NCBI GenBank assembly: GCA_965603825.1
Contig: CBFDEM010000034.1
Span: forward strand, 186,001-250,000
Length of the DNA stretch: 64,000 nucleotides
Origin: Blepharisma stoltei ATCC 30299
Lineage: Eukaryota > Protista > Ciliophora
Reading direction: 5' to 3'
Positions 51,246 to 62,891 of the stretch are shown here, one piece after another. Each line of letters opens with the position of its first letter. The first letter of the stretch is position 1. Under the pieces are notes generated by a model. The model was given only the letters and a program-made list of their open reading frames with translations, searched no databases and was not told the DNA's origin. The translations under genes were made by a program, and so were the position numbers.

Positions 51246-51758
51246 ATGCTAAAATCTCTTGAAGACTATCTCATAGAAATCAGCACAGCTCTCGACTCCG
51301 CCTTAAATATCAGAAATTTCCCATCACAGCACGAAGAAAGGCATAATAAGCCAGAAGTTGAAACAAGAAAATCAAAAGAACTTCTATTGCCTCCCATAGT
51401 TCTTACAAGATCCAAATATGAAGAAACTTTAATTGAGCCTTCAATAAACTCAACTAGAGTTTCTTTAAGGTTCAAAAAGGTTGATGATCTAGACAGGCTT
51501 CTTTCTTCTATGTTCATGCGATTTTTGACTCTCAGAGCTGAACAATTTCTTATTATGAGAAGAGTGCCTATAGAAGGATATGACATCAGCTTCTTGATTA
51601 TTCATACTCATATGGAGCAGCTTTACAGAGAAAAACTGATTGAATTTATTGTTACTTTTTTGAAAGAAATTGAAAAAGAAATCAATGAAATGAAGTTGTC
51701 TGTGAACTCGAGATTAAGAATGGCAGCAACCCAATTTGTAGCTAGCATCGTAAAATAA
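51246..51758 (+). CDS. ARPC4: Arp2/3 complex subunit 4 (p20)
   Basis: NFPSQHEERHNKPEVE, LIEPSINSTRVS, FMRFLTLRAEQF, GYDISFLI. Confidence 0.95.
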   Translation: MLKSLEDYLIEISTALDSALNIRNFPSQHEERHNKPEVETRKSKELLLPPIVLTRSKYEETLIEPSINSTRVSLRFKKVDDLDRLLSSMFMRFLTLRAEQFLIMRRVPIEGYDISFLIIHTHMEQLYREKLIEFIVTFLKEIEKEINEMKLSVNSRLRMAATQFVASIVK

Positions 51759-51899
51759 CTTAATTAACTTTCATTAATTAGGATCTATTTAAAAACTAGC
51801 TGGAATTAATAACTAAATGCATATTAATCGATTCATAAAGCAGATAATTTATTAGCGAAACTGATATGGTTTAATCAAAATGATTTTATTATTAGGAGC

Positions 51900-53015
51900 T
51901 TAAGGATAAGGCTGATATACATAAACAACCTTTGGAGCTGAAAAAGAGCGTGGATCATAGTATTCTGCAGCTCTCTCCTCAGTGTATTGTGGACTATAAG
52001 CAGGCCTTTCGTCTTGGTATACTGGCCTGCTTTGGGATTCTTGATAAACTGGCCTACTTTGAGATGCTTCGTCATTATATTGAGGCTGGTATCCTTGAGG
52101 TCTTTCATCAATATATTGTGGCTGATAAACAATAGGTCTTTCTTCAGTGTATTGCTGAGGGTATCCTTGAGGTCTTTCTTCAATATACTGAGGTGCATAG
52201 CCTTGAGGCCTGCCTTCGGAATACTGCGGAGGAGGATATGTTTCTGGGATATAATTTGGCCTATATTCAGTTTGGAATACCTGAGGCTGATAATATGTTC
52301 CTGCTCCATTATAGTAGCCTGCTGGAGGTGGAATATCTCTAAATACATGCTGCTTAGGAGTTTCAAATACCCTTGGAGCATATACAGGTTCATAATCAAT
52401 TGTATTTTCATACTGTGATTTCGGTACTTCTGCTCTCTTGCCTATATTTTCCTGCTGTCTCTGCATATCTCCTGCCTGTTTTGCAGTATCATGATGTGCT
52501 TGCTGTTGCTTCTTTTGAGGCTCTGGTCTTGCTTCCTGCTCATTAGTTTCAATTAGCTGAGGATTTTTCATCTCCCTTCTCGTATCAGTTCTCATAGGCT
52601 TTGTGCTTTGAACAAATTGTGGCTTAACTCCAATAGGGATCTCTTTTAGTCTTTCTTTTTCTTGCTGTTGAGCAGCTTCTAATCTTTTTTGAGTGTTAGG
52701 AGTGATAACCTGCAAAAATTCTGTTTCTGATGAACTTCCCTCATCAGTTAAATCACTTTTTACAAATCTGCATTCACAATTCATGACACCTGGGGAGCTT
52801 TCTTTGGTCTGCAAAAAACTTACAGAAACGTCATAGTATTCATGAGAATTTCTGATTTCATAGAAATCGCCAGCTTCATCATGGGCAAGGTAGAGGTGAG
52901 GATGCCAAGGCTCGCGCTTTGGAATTGGCTTGACATCTTGTGAGTGTATTGTGGCAGAAAGGTATTGAAAAGCGGATGCTAAAGTAATCAATAGGAGGAT
53001 GGAAATATAGTTCAT
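51900..53015 (-). CDS. Putative secreted protein with Q/Y/P-rich C-terminal repeats
   Basis: Signal MNYISILLLITLASA; repeats PQY.(E/D)ERPQGY. Confidence 0.7.
   Translation of the reverse strand: MNYISILLLITLASAFQYLSATIHSQDVKPIPKREPWHPHLYLAHDEAGDFYEIRNSHEYYDVSVSFLQTKESSPGVMNCECRFVKSDLTDEGSSSETEFLQVITPNTQKRLEAAQQQEKERLKEIPIGVKPQFVQSTKPMRTDTRREMKNPQLIETNEQEARPEPQKKQQQAHHDTAKQAGDMQRQQENIGKRAEVPKSQYENTIDYEPVYAPRVFETPKQHVFRDIPPPAGYYNGAGTYYQPQVFQTEYRPNYIPETYPPPQYSEGRPQGYAPQYIEERPQGYPQQYTEERPIVYQPQYIDERPQGYQPQYNDEASQSRPVYQESQSRPVYQDERPAYSPQYTEERAAEYYDPRSFSAPKVVYVYQPYP
51975..52240 (-). repeat. Imperfect ~36-nt (12-aa) coding tandem repeats
   Basis: PQYSEGRPQGYA PQYIEERPQGYP QQYTEERPIVYQ PQYIDERPQGYQ PQY…, then SQSRPVYQ twice. 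Confidence 0.75.
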
Positions 53016-53406
53016 ATATAATAAAACGGTTAGCGAAGTATATGAAGGATTAAATTGCGATTTGTGTTGGGAATGAGGATAAATTTATAGGTTATTAATG
53101 TATTTATAAAGATATTAATGCTTGATAATTCGAGCTTTAGAATGACTAATTAAAAATATTTTTGTACTTAATATTAGAAATGTAATAAATATGCAATGAT
53201 TGATAATTTTGAGCTTGATTTTATATGTCTTTTTTTTATATCAGCTCAACCATTAAAGAAAACAATTATTATCCATTTCATCAAGACTAAAACTCTTAAT
53301 TTTATAACGTTATCTTTCGCTATTAATATTACCAAAATCAAATTATTACTATTATCATTAAATTAATATAAATGTTTATTTATAAAAATACAGTTTTAGG
53401 AAAATG

Positions 53407-54213
53407 TTAATATAGCATCATTAGCTGTTTATGCGATTTTTTTATGTCGTCGAATTTTTCTTGAATGCTTTTTTCTAAGTTCCATATTTCATGCATATAT
53501 CCATTAACATCAATCTCAGCCATAGCTGGATGAATCATATAAAATTTATCAGGGAGCTTTGTATTATATATATCACTCATATCATGATGGGGAGGAGCAA
53601 AGAATTTTTTGCCTCTTCCTGTCGTTTTTTTCAAGTTAGGACTTGGATTATGCTTATCTTTAAATTGATAAGCAGTAATTGTATCAATTTCGGTGCTTGG
53701 ACTTGCATCTCTTGCGGCTTCTGGGTACTTGTCTGCTCTTGGAGTAAAAAATCCCCAATCTTTTTTATCAAAAGGTGACTGGACATTATAAAGCCCTACA
53801 GCAGGAAGTTGAACTATTCTTGGTGACGCTAATCGATAAGTTTTTTGGTATTTTTTATTGTTTTCTCTTGGACTTTCATATTCTCCGATACTTTGTAAAG
53901 GTCGGTTTAAGGATTTGGGAGATATAGGATCTGAAGGTGGATCTCTTTTAGGATTTCGCAGAGTTGGCGTCAAGCAAGGCAAAGATAATTCTGGCTTTAA
54001 CGGAAGAATTTTACCATTTGAATCTCTTTCTGACACAAATGGGAGAAATGATTTTGGGCTTCTAGCACTTAATGGTGAGGAAAGAGATTGCGATACGAAG
54101 TGCTGAGTCATCTTTGTAGAGTAACTGATTTGGGTAGGAGATTCCACTATTTCACGAATTCTTTTACTTGTGAGAATTGGAAGACTGTTTTTTTGTTTTG
54201 GGAAAGTGTTCAT
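53407..54213 (-). CDS. Hypothetical SP/TP-rich basic protein
   Basis: Long open frame from ATG 54213; many SP/TP motifs; no recognised domain. Confidence 0.65.
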   Translation of the reverse strand: MNTFPKQKNSLPILTSKRIREIVESPTQISYSTKMTQHFVSQSLSSPLSARSPKSFLPFVSERDSNGKILPLKPELSLPCLTPTLRNPKRDPPSDPISPKSLNRPLQSIGEYESPRENNKKYQKTYRLASPRIVQLPAVGLYNVQSPFDKKDWGFFTPRADKYPEAARDASPSTEIDTITAYQFKDKHNPSPNLKKTTGRGKKFFAPPHHDMSDIYNTKLPDKFYMIHPAMAEIDVNGYMHEIWNLEKSIQEKFDDIKKSHKQLMMLY

Positions 54214-54357
54214 TTTAATTTTTCTTGATAAAAACACTGATTATATTTGCTTTATTTCTGCCAATATCTAATTTTATTTTTAATTATTTGAATGAAAATA
54301 GCAGTAATCTTTAAAAATTTTCTTATTAATATTCTTAAATAAATTTCAATCAAAAGG

Positions 54358-55980
54358 ATGGAAGACTTCCAAAGCCCTTTCAAACTCCCCACTGACGAAG
54401 AAGTTTTCATCACAAGGGAAGCAGAACGCTTGCAAAAGCAAGAAGCCAAAGAAAAAGCTAAAAATATGACAATCTGGGAAAAGCAAACTGCATCTACCAA
54501 AACTCAACTGAAAAGACCTAAAGATGCTGACTTCAACATAAAGCCAATCGAAGAAGGCCCAGTTCCTCAGTACATGCGAAATAAAGAAAAAAATCTCATA
54601 ACTGCTGCATTAGAAATTGTAAACCAGCGAGGGAAAATGCCCCAAAACCAAAAGACTGAAAATACACGAGACTATGTTGAGCAAAAGAAGGAAATTTTCA
54701 GAGTAGAAATGAAGTATCGAATACTAAAAGAAGAAAGAGAAAAAATCAAAAAAAGGATTTCTAATAAAGAACAAGCTTTAAAAAGAAGTGAAGAGCTGCT
54801 AGATCAAGACCAAAAAAAGTTCACAGACCATATGGAAAAGAATAAACTCTTAAAAGAAGAAGCCATTGCACAGGCTAATGCAGAAGCACTGGCAAAAAAA
54901 GAAAAAGATGGAGAAATCAAGCAGCTTGAACAGAGAAAAGCTGGAATTTCAGCTGAAATTAGTAGAAATGAAGAGTATTTAGAGGTTTTGAAGAAGCATA
55001 AAGAGTTTGTAGAGCAGCTGACACCTCCAGAGTGGCTTGAAGCAAGGCAGAAAATACTAAGGGAAAAATATGAAGTCGTCAAAAAGAACTGAATTTTAAA
55101 ACAAAACGCAGACGATTTGGAATCTTTAGCTGACGGAGAAGTAGAAAGCCAACAAAGTCAAGGCTCATTTAGAAAGAAAACTAATAAAAGACAAGCAGCT
55201 TTAGAAGCTAAGTTTGACGAAATGGTATCAAAAGGCTTGATTGATGTATTCACTGAAGAAGACGAACAAATGTATTTTACGAACCCAGACGAACTGACTG
55301 CTATTCTTAAAGAATTAGAAGACAAAAATCTCTTTTTAATTGAGTTAATTCAAGTTATGGATCACCAATTAGAAGTAACCAAGTCTGAATATGATGACCT
55401 GAAAAAGAAAAATGACGACAAGTTTGACGACTCCAAGCGAAATAAAGAGCACTTTGGGTTACAGCTTAAAACAATGGAAACCAAAATTTCGCAAATAAAT
55501 AAACGAAAATCTAATATTGAAAATAAAAAAGAAACCACACGCGCAGTCCAGATCCTGAAAAATGAAATTTCAAAGTGCTTTACTTCTTTAGGGCACGATG
55601 AGGACTCTGCAAGACTTCCTATTGAGATGCTGAAAATAATAGAAGAGTCTATTCATGGCCTGTTAAGAAAACTAAGCTTTTTGAGGTCGATTGATCCTAA
55701 ACATGTAGAAGACTTAGAAGGCCAAAAAGAAAAAATAAGAAGAGACTATGGCAGAGACCTAAAAGCAGAGCTAGAAGAAAAGAAGATCCAAGAGCGCATC
55801 ACTTTGGCCCAAAAAAGAGTAGAAGGCCCAAGCTTTAGAAAGTAATTTTTACTTAGAATTGGGAGACCTCCTATGAATAAAGTCCTATTTCAGAAGAAAA
55901 GAGTGGAAAAAGAAGTTAAACATGTCCAGAAATCTGAAGAAGAGCTTATTAGAGATTTCATTGAAGAAACAACTTCATAA
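54358..55980 (+). CDS. CFAP100: Cilia- and flagella-associated protein 100 (CCDC37/DUF4200 family), one 15-nt intron
   Basis: PFKLPTDEEVF…IWEK, TPPEW, MYFTNPDEL…ELEDKNLFLI, C-terminal KIGRPPM after intron 55842-55856. TGA 55090=W; TAA 55978. Confidence 0.78.
55842..55856 (+). other. 15-nt intron GTAATTTTTACTTAG
   Basis: In-frame TAA if retained; removal gives FRKIGRPPM. Confidence 0.85.
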
Positions 55981-55987
55981 TAAATTA

Positions 55988-58060
55988 TTAAGAAAAGCAT
56001 TTTATCACATATTCTTCCCATTTCGACACAGGGATATTATCTTCCCTGCAAGTCTCATAGAGCTTTGCAATTTCTAATTCGTGCCCAGGGTGGTTTTTTG
56101 GGAGCTCGAATTTTTTTTTAATGCAAATTGTATAGAAATATTTTTCGAGCTGCTCTTCAGAAATTGCTTGGAGAGCTTGTTCAGCTTCTTCTATTCTTCC
56201 GATATCAGATGGGAAGTCTGAGTACCCAGTTGAATAGGATATAACACTTATGTTATCATACTCTGAGCTTAAATCACTGTTAACCTCATTAAAGCCTTCT
56301 GGGCACGCATTTCCTGCAAACTGAAGCAGCAATTCTGACCTCAGTTTTCACCTTTCCAGTTCTTTTTTCTGTCTTTCTGCTTCTTCTTCATAGAATTTCA
56401 GCATTTCTTCTTCATTCATTGTGTATTGTTTTGGAGAAAAATGGCCTTTAAGGTCTATAAGATTTGATAACCGCCGTGCAAAAATGACACAGGAAATTCC
56501 ATCTGGCATTGAACTTGATGATTTCACAATTGAGTCAAGTCTGCTTAAAATATCATAAGAAGAAACAGAAGAGTCATAAGCTGCACAGGCCAATTCTTGC
56601 AGCTGCATCAAAATTAGGACCTTGTCTCCATATGACCCTTCGATTTTCCCAGAAATTGATTTTTTGAGCTTTTGTATTCTTAAATTGATTTGTGAAGATT
56701 CTGACTCAGGCTCTTCTTGAGGGATTGTGCAGGTTTTGGAGTGCTCGTCTACTTTGCTTGAAGGGATACACTCGTAGCAGTTTACACAGAGGACGTCAAT
56801 TTCTTCCTCAGCATGAGAGTCATCAATTGATAATTGACGGCTTAATGATGATAATTTAGCACCAATTGGGGAGGATTGGTCAGGAAGAGGAAAATAAAGA
56901 GAGCTTGATGAGGATTGGACTTGATTTCTTCCAGGAATGGAGAGTGAAAAAGAATTAACGCAGTCGGGGTCTTTAGTACGACGAGGCTGCTTATCAATAT
57001 TGATATCTAGAACTTGTGAGATTACTTGAAATGATGAAGATTTTGCAGGGATAGGAGGCTTGGCTTCAAATATGTTGGAAGATTCTATTTGGAAATTAAG
57101 TGACTGCTGCTGAATATCTTCTTTTATTTCTGGTTCTTTAGAGAGCTCTGGATCATGCTGCTCTATAGCGTTAAAATTCACGTTTTCTGATTTTTGTTCT
57201 TCATTAGCAATTAAGATGGGGCGGATGATGGCATTCTCTTCAGAGTTATATTGATTAAAAAATTCAGTTTCTGTGGCTTCTACTTGCTCATTATCTTCTG
57301 TTATAATTAACTCAACTTCTTGCTCGATATTATTTTGGGCTGAAATTTGTGACTCTATTGCTTCAAATTGATCTTTCTCATTTTTTGCAGCTGACTCAAT
57401 TTCTTTTTCAATATTATCATTAACTTTGGCTTGATCTTGAATTTCACTCTGATATTCTTCAGTGGTTTTTGTATCAATAGGCTTTTCATCATTCTCAATT
57501 AGAATTGTTTCTTGTTTAAGGTTACTCATTAAATCTATCCTCTTATCTTTATCCTCTATGGGATTTTCATTTTCTTCGCTTTCTTTTAAGGTTATTTTTT
57601 CGTAATTTATATCTAAAATTGGCTCAGTTTCTGGACTTTCCTTATAACTCTTCAGAAATTTCACACTTTCAATTTTTTTATTTTCAGCATTTACTTTTTC
57701 AGCTTTGAATGTAAATAATGAAGGAATTGTGCTTGCATGAGTCTCAAAGTAATTAGAACTTGGATTTCCAAGATCGGTTTTTGCTGTTATTTCAACTGAG
57801 GAATTTTCATCCTTTTTTAAGGATTGCTTTCTCTCATCTGCAAATTCTTGGATATCTTTCGGAACAACATCATATGTATGACGCTTTCGTGAGTCATCTT
57901 TTAAAAATGCATTATAATTGGTGTCTCCATATACCTCTGCAATTGAGCTAGTAGACCCTCGATACTCATCTTCTTTATTTTTCTTAAACACTGGCAGCCC
58001 AAAAGTTGGTCGATTTGGTACTGAAGCATTGAATGTTGGTTTAATTACTCGGTTCTCCAT
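55988..58060 (-). CDS. Hypothetical acidic protein with C2HC-type zinc finger (690 aa)
   Basis: ORFs 56348 and 55988 are joined by TGA=W; CVNCYECIPSSKVDEHSKTC. Confidence 0.75.
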
Positions 58061-58400
58061 TCAAAACAATATAACCCATATTAGTTATTGGCATTAAAAA
58101 ATCTACTTGAATGAGTATTTTAGCTAAGCTTATAGCGCTAATTAAATCACTATCAAAAATTAACTTATTTATAATATTAACTCTTTGCGTCATTTAATTT
58201 GTATTTTCACTTCGAAACGAATATCAAACTTATTTTAAAATTTTTATTTTATCCATTTTTATTCTATGATTTTTTTATAATAAAATTGCTTATTAATTTA
58301 TATTGATAAATTAATAGCAAAATAAGTTTACAATGTCATCATTTAAAAACGATTTTATAGATTATTTGCTACTATAATACCTTCAAAATTTCATTTCTAA

Positions 58401-59891
58401 TTAATATATGATACATTTTTCACACGAAACATTATTGCGTGAAACATCATTCTCGTCTTTTCTTGTTATTGGATAATTATTGTAAATTATTTTTGGAGCT
58501 ATCTCAGTCTCTTGGAATTTCTCTTTTGCGTCTTTTAATATTTTTCTATCTAACAACTGTGGCAAGCCTGATTTTGGGGTTAGCTCATCAACTTGCGGAA
58601 TTTGAGTTGTGGTGCTCATATCAATTTCATGCAGCCCGGACATCATTCTTCTTATAATTGGCTCACTTGGAGTTATCTGAGGACACTCATTAGGATTTTC
58701 CTCCGATCCCATCTTACGATGCATACTAATTTTCACCTTATGCAAAACAATCAACCCCAGCTCGCCGCTTGAGTTTTTATTTTTTTCATTGCTGCTATTT
58801 TCTGCGGTTTTATCTAATCTGGATACAGTCGAAACCTTTCTAATCCCTTCTTTTAGCCCTTCATTATGTTTAAGTATAAGCGTCTTATTTTTTATGTTTT
58901 TCCTCCTTGATCTCTTCTGAGAAGACGAAATTGAGCCAAAACTTCCATTTTCTTCACTTTCTTTCTCCCCATGGGCAAATGATTTATTCCTATGATGTTT
59001 TTTGCTTTTCTTTTTAATTTCAATTAGCTCATCAAGATTTATCCATTCAAGATACTCAGGAGCATAATCAACTGTGGCAGCACTAATAAGCAGCGATTTA
59101 AGGTATCGATAGTCCGGCTTTTCTTCAAATTTCAGCTCTCTTGTATAGCTTAAAAATTTCTCTATTTCAGCTGGGCAGCCTGAGCATAAAGATGAAATGC
59201 TCATTCTTGCTTTGACTCCATATATACTCTGCCATTTCTCAGCGTACTCAAATTTGTTTTGATTCCATGGCAAACTGCCTTTTAACATTAATATAAGCAT
59301 ATATGACAAAGACTCTAAGTCGTCTCTGCGGGAGCACTGAAAACCTAAGTGAAGATTAAGAGAAGCAAAGCTCGGACTACCGACTCTGCTGCAATGTCCA
59401 CGGAAAGGAATATGAGAATTCCCATAAATATATTTGCAGGAGAGACCAAAATCGCAAACATAAATCTTTTTCTTATCTAGAGACAGAAGAAACTGAGACG
59501 GTTTGACATCTTTATGGCAATATCCTTTGCTGTGAATATATTCTAGCCTGTCTAAAGCTTGGCATCCTATTGTAACCACAGAATTTAATTGAAACTTCTT
59601 CCCTCTGTCTTCTCTCAATGTATTCAAATTAGGACCAAGGAGCTCTGTGATCATGTAGCTTAAATCGGCATATTTTCCAGCTGTGTGGAGCTTAGGAATC
59701 CCTTCCCCTCCTTGTAAATCTAAGAGAATTTTTGATTCCACAAGTGTTTGGTTTCGTTTTTTAACGTCGATCTTTATGGCGAATTCTTGATTGGATTTGA
59801 GGTCATAAGCTTTATAGACATTGCCAAAGCCACCTGAACCGAGAAGAGCTGTAATGTGGTACCGGTCAAGGAAAATTTCATTAACTTGCAT
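58401..59891 (-). CDS. Casein kinase 1 family protein
   Basis: GSGGFG, AIK, HKDVKP, DFGLS, FASLNLHLG, SRRDDLES, LPW. Confidence 0.92.
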   Translation of the reverse strand: MQVNEIFLDRYHITALLGSGGFGNVYKAYDLKSNQEFAIKIDVKKRNQTLVESKILLDLQGGEGIPKLHTAGKYADLSYMITELLGPNLNTLREDRGKKFQLNSVVTIGCQALDRLEYIHSKGYCHKDVKPSQFLLSLDKKKIYVCDFGLSCKYIYGNSHIPFRGHCSRVGSPSFASLNLHLGFQCSRRDDLESLSYMLILMLKGSLPWNQNKFEYAEKWQSIYGVKARMSISSLCSGCPAEIEKFLSYTRELKFEEKPDYRYLKSLLISAATVDYAPEYLEWINLDELIEIKKKSKKHHRNKSFAHGEKESEENGSFGSISSSQKRSRRKNIKNKTLILKHNEGLKEGIRKVSTVSRLDKTAENSSNEKNKNSSGELGLIVLHKVKISMHRKMGSEENPNECPQITPSEPIIRRMMSGLHEIDMSTTTQIPQVDELTPKSGLPQLLDRKILKDAKEKFQETEIAPKIIYNNYPITRKDENDVSRNNVSCEKCIIY

Positions 59892-60179
59892 AAGAATTAT
59901 TATAAGGTGAATTAAAGCAATTAATTCTATGCATAAAATGATCCTAAAGAGAAATAAAATGAATTATGGATATGCAGAGATACAATTATAACCATATTTT
60001 AAAATTTTAAAACCGGAAGAATACTTAAATACTGACTCAGTCTTAAAACAAATTTTGATCATAATTTAAAATAGAAGATAATATCACTATTATACTGAGT
60101 TCAACCGAAATTAATATACTGTATAATCTCAAACCATTTTATTATTATAATATTTTTAAAATATGAGTTATTTAAAGGC

Positions 60180-61088
60180 CTATTCAGATTGTTCCTCTTC
60201 CACAAATTGATATTTTAGAAACCTGGCAATCAAAACCATCATTATAATCTCTTCCAGCCATTTCTTCCACATACTTTGCTTCTTCTTTTTCCACTCATCG
60301 AATTCTTTTGTAATTTCTTTCATCATATTTCCTATTTCTCCTTCAGAATTTAAATTTTTTTCATAAAATTTCTTTAACTTTGTCGTTATTTCTTCATTTT
60401 TTGCAAGCTCATTGATTTCCTGTCTTTTCTTAGTTTTGACTTCTTGTATTTTTAGTGAGTTTCACATTAGTAACCCTAGAGCAATACAAGAAAACGAAAC
60501 TTTAAACAAATCCATTTGTTCTGCTACTGTAAGTGGTATGAAATTCAAGAAAATTATAAATTGTTTTTGTACTCTTACTTTAAACTCATAAATCCCAAAT
60601 AATGCTAAAATAATTCCAGAGTAAGACCCAGCTAGATCATTTTTAGATCTTGATATAGCCATTGATAAAATAAGCCAGTATATATAAAATATTCCAGTTT
60701 TAAAGGCAATGTTATGCAGCTCTTTAGTATTAAGATAAAGTTCATATCTCAATCTGGCATCTTCTGATTTTATATATTCATATTTGCTTTGGATATCAAT
60801 GAAATCTTGGTGTGCAGAAGGACTTGGGTTTTTATCAGGATGAGTTTTTTTGACTACTGCCTTATAAAGTTCTTTAATCTCTTCAATCGATGCTGTTCGA
60901 GAGATCCCTAATTCTTGATATACATTTGGAGGTTTATTTTTAAAATAAATTCCCATCACAATCGCTAATGCCAAAATCGTTATAGCTCCGACGATTGCAG
61001 TCTTATTTTTGACCTTCTCGTTTTTAATTACAAGTTTTTCTGCAGCGAACCCTACTCCTATTAATAATGCTAGAGTTTCTACTTCCAT
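60180..61088 (-). CDS. Multi-TM DnaJ-domain protein (302 aa)
   Basis: J domain NVYQELGI…THPDKNP…YE; flanking TMs. TGA 60462 is read through to TAG 60180. Confidence 0.85.
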
Positions 61089-61113
61089 ATTATGATTAAA
61101 AGCAATTATCTAG

Positions 61114-62748
61114 TTATTCGTATTGGCTTGGGGCGAAAACATCGTCAATTTTGAGAATCATTCTTACGAGCTGGGTAGCAAGCTGCAGCTGTTGAGTTTT
61201 GCTGTTCAAGGACTCGTAGACGCACAACTCTTTCATGTCATTTGTACCCTGGTTTAAGCAGTCAACTCCGAATCTCTTTGAGGAATCTTCATTCATTGCT
61301 GCTTTAAGCATAGTTACTGTGTCAATAGGATTAAGCCCACTGTTTTCTGATAGTGCAGTTGGGATTTCTTCTAAGGCATCTGCAAAAGCTCTCATCGCAT
61401 ATTGTTCAATGGTTGGCTCTTTATCTACTTCATTATTGACAGCAATAGAGCACAATAATTCAGCACAGCCACCTCCATAAACGATTCTAGAGTCTCTCAC
61501 CATGTTTCTAACTACACAAATAGCATCATGAAGACATCTTTTAGCCTCATCAACAATCATTTTGTTTCCTCCTCTGACCAAAATTGTAAGTGCGCTTAAG
61601 CTTGTGCCTCCTTCAATCACGATCATTCTATCATCTGTAGTGCCAAACCCGATTTCTCTAACAACAGCAGCATGTCCAAGCTTTTCAGGTGACAGCTCTT
61701 GGAATCTTGGGACAATTCTTCCTCCAGTGGCCATTGCAATTAGCTCAATTTCGACTCCTCCTACCCATCTGACAGCTGGCAAGTTATTGCTCATCAATAA
61801 GTGGTTAGCTTCATCATCAAATCCCCACTGACAAAGAACCATATTAGCTCCGCTATTTTTTACGTCTTCAATCATTTTGACGAAGTACCCTTGTTCCTGC
61901 TCATAAAGCTTTTGGTATTCTTCAGCTGACGTTACTTCAATCTTATGCTTAGTTTTAGGCTTTGGAGGCTCAAATGGGCAGGTTAAGATTGCAATTTTGG
62001 CATCATTTACCACCTTAGGCATTTGAGGATGTGACATATCTTTATCAATGACGATTCCTCTGATAAGAGCAGTGTCTTCAAGTGACCCTCCAGGCTTACC
62101 TTCAACTTTGATATGTTCAAAATTCACGTCTCTTCTGGTCAAGTCTGCGACGTCTAATACAGCTTCAACAGCAATATCAGCTAACTTCTGCTGGTGGGCT
62201 GACACTACTTTGCTGCATAGAGCAGTCATGGCACATTTTTTGAGGACTTCATGGTTATTAGCCTGGATATCAAGCTCTTCTGAGGTGCTTTCGAGGTGTC
62301 TCACTGCAATTTCACATGCACGCTCATAGCCGTCACAGATTCTCAATGGATGGATCCCTTTGTCAAGAAGACTGAGAGAACGTTCAAGCAAAGCTCCAGC
62401 GAGCACGACGACTCCTGTTGTCCCGTCTCCGATCTCGTCATCTTGGGATTTGCTGAGCTCTACAAGGAGTTTTGCGATTTGGTGCTGGACTTCCATTTTG
62501 TCTAGAATTGTAGCGCCGTCGTTGGTTACTGTGACATCTCCATCTTTGGAAACTAAAATTTTATCCATCCCGCATGGACCTAAGCTGGTTCTTAGAAGAT
62601 TTGTGACAGCTCTGGCAGCTTGAATGTTGGCTTTTTGGGCTTCTAAACCTTTTACGCGGGCTTTCTTTTCTTGCTCTTTTATGATTATGAAAGGACGGCC
62701 GAACTCATCAAAGGCTAAGAATTGTCCTTGATTCCCAAGTTGTGCCAT
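61114..62748 (-). CDS. CCT5: T-complex protein 1 subunit epsilon
   Basis: [68 protein letters not shown]. Confidence 0.97.
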   Translation of the reverse strand: MAQLGNQGQFLAFDEFGRPFIIIKEQEKKARVKGLEAQKANIQAARAVTNLLRTSLGPCGMDKILVSKDGDVTVTNDGATILDKMEVQHQIAKLLVELSKSQDDEIGDGTTGVVVLAGALLERSLSLLDKGIHPLRICDGYERACEIAVRHLESTSEELDIQANNHEVLKKCAMTALCSKVVSAHQQKLADIAVEAVLDVADLTRRDVNFEHIKVEGKPGGSLEDTALIRGIVIDKDMSHPQMPKVVNDAKIAILTCPFEPPKPKTKHKIEVTSAEEYQKLYEQEQGYFVKMIEDVKNSGANMVLCQWGFDDEANHLLMSNNLPAVRWVGGVEIELIAMATGGRIVPRFQELSPEKLGHAAVVREIGFGTTDDRMIVIEGGTSLSALTILVRGGNKMIVDEAKRCLHDAICVVRNMVRDSRIVYGGGCAELLCSIAVNNEVDKEPTIEQYAMRAFADALEEIPTALSENSGLNPIDTVTMLKAAMNEDSSKRFGVDCLNQGTNDMKELCVYESLNSKTQQLQLATQLVRMILKIDDVFAPSQYE

Positions 62749-62891
62749 ATTTTTATATTAAGGTGGCCAAATGAAATAGAATAGGAGATTTAAAATAGAT
62801 AAATATAAAGAAATTAGGCAGAGAGATAAAGATAATTATTGGCTGAGCTTAGCTTAGAAATGTGTTGCTATCCCAACTTTAAGAGGGAAAA

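Noticed and set aside
53324-53332. TAATATTAC, a geminivirus-type origin nonamer
   Set aside because: It lies 42 kb from the Rep-like gene, has no flanking stem, and is expected by chance in very AT-rich DNA.
61114-62748. Avoidance of TGA-Trp in highly expressed genes (CCT5 uses TGG only)
   Set aside because: Only two Trp codons, too few to support a bias.
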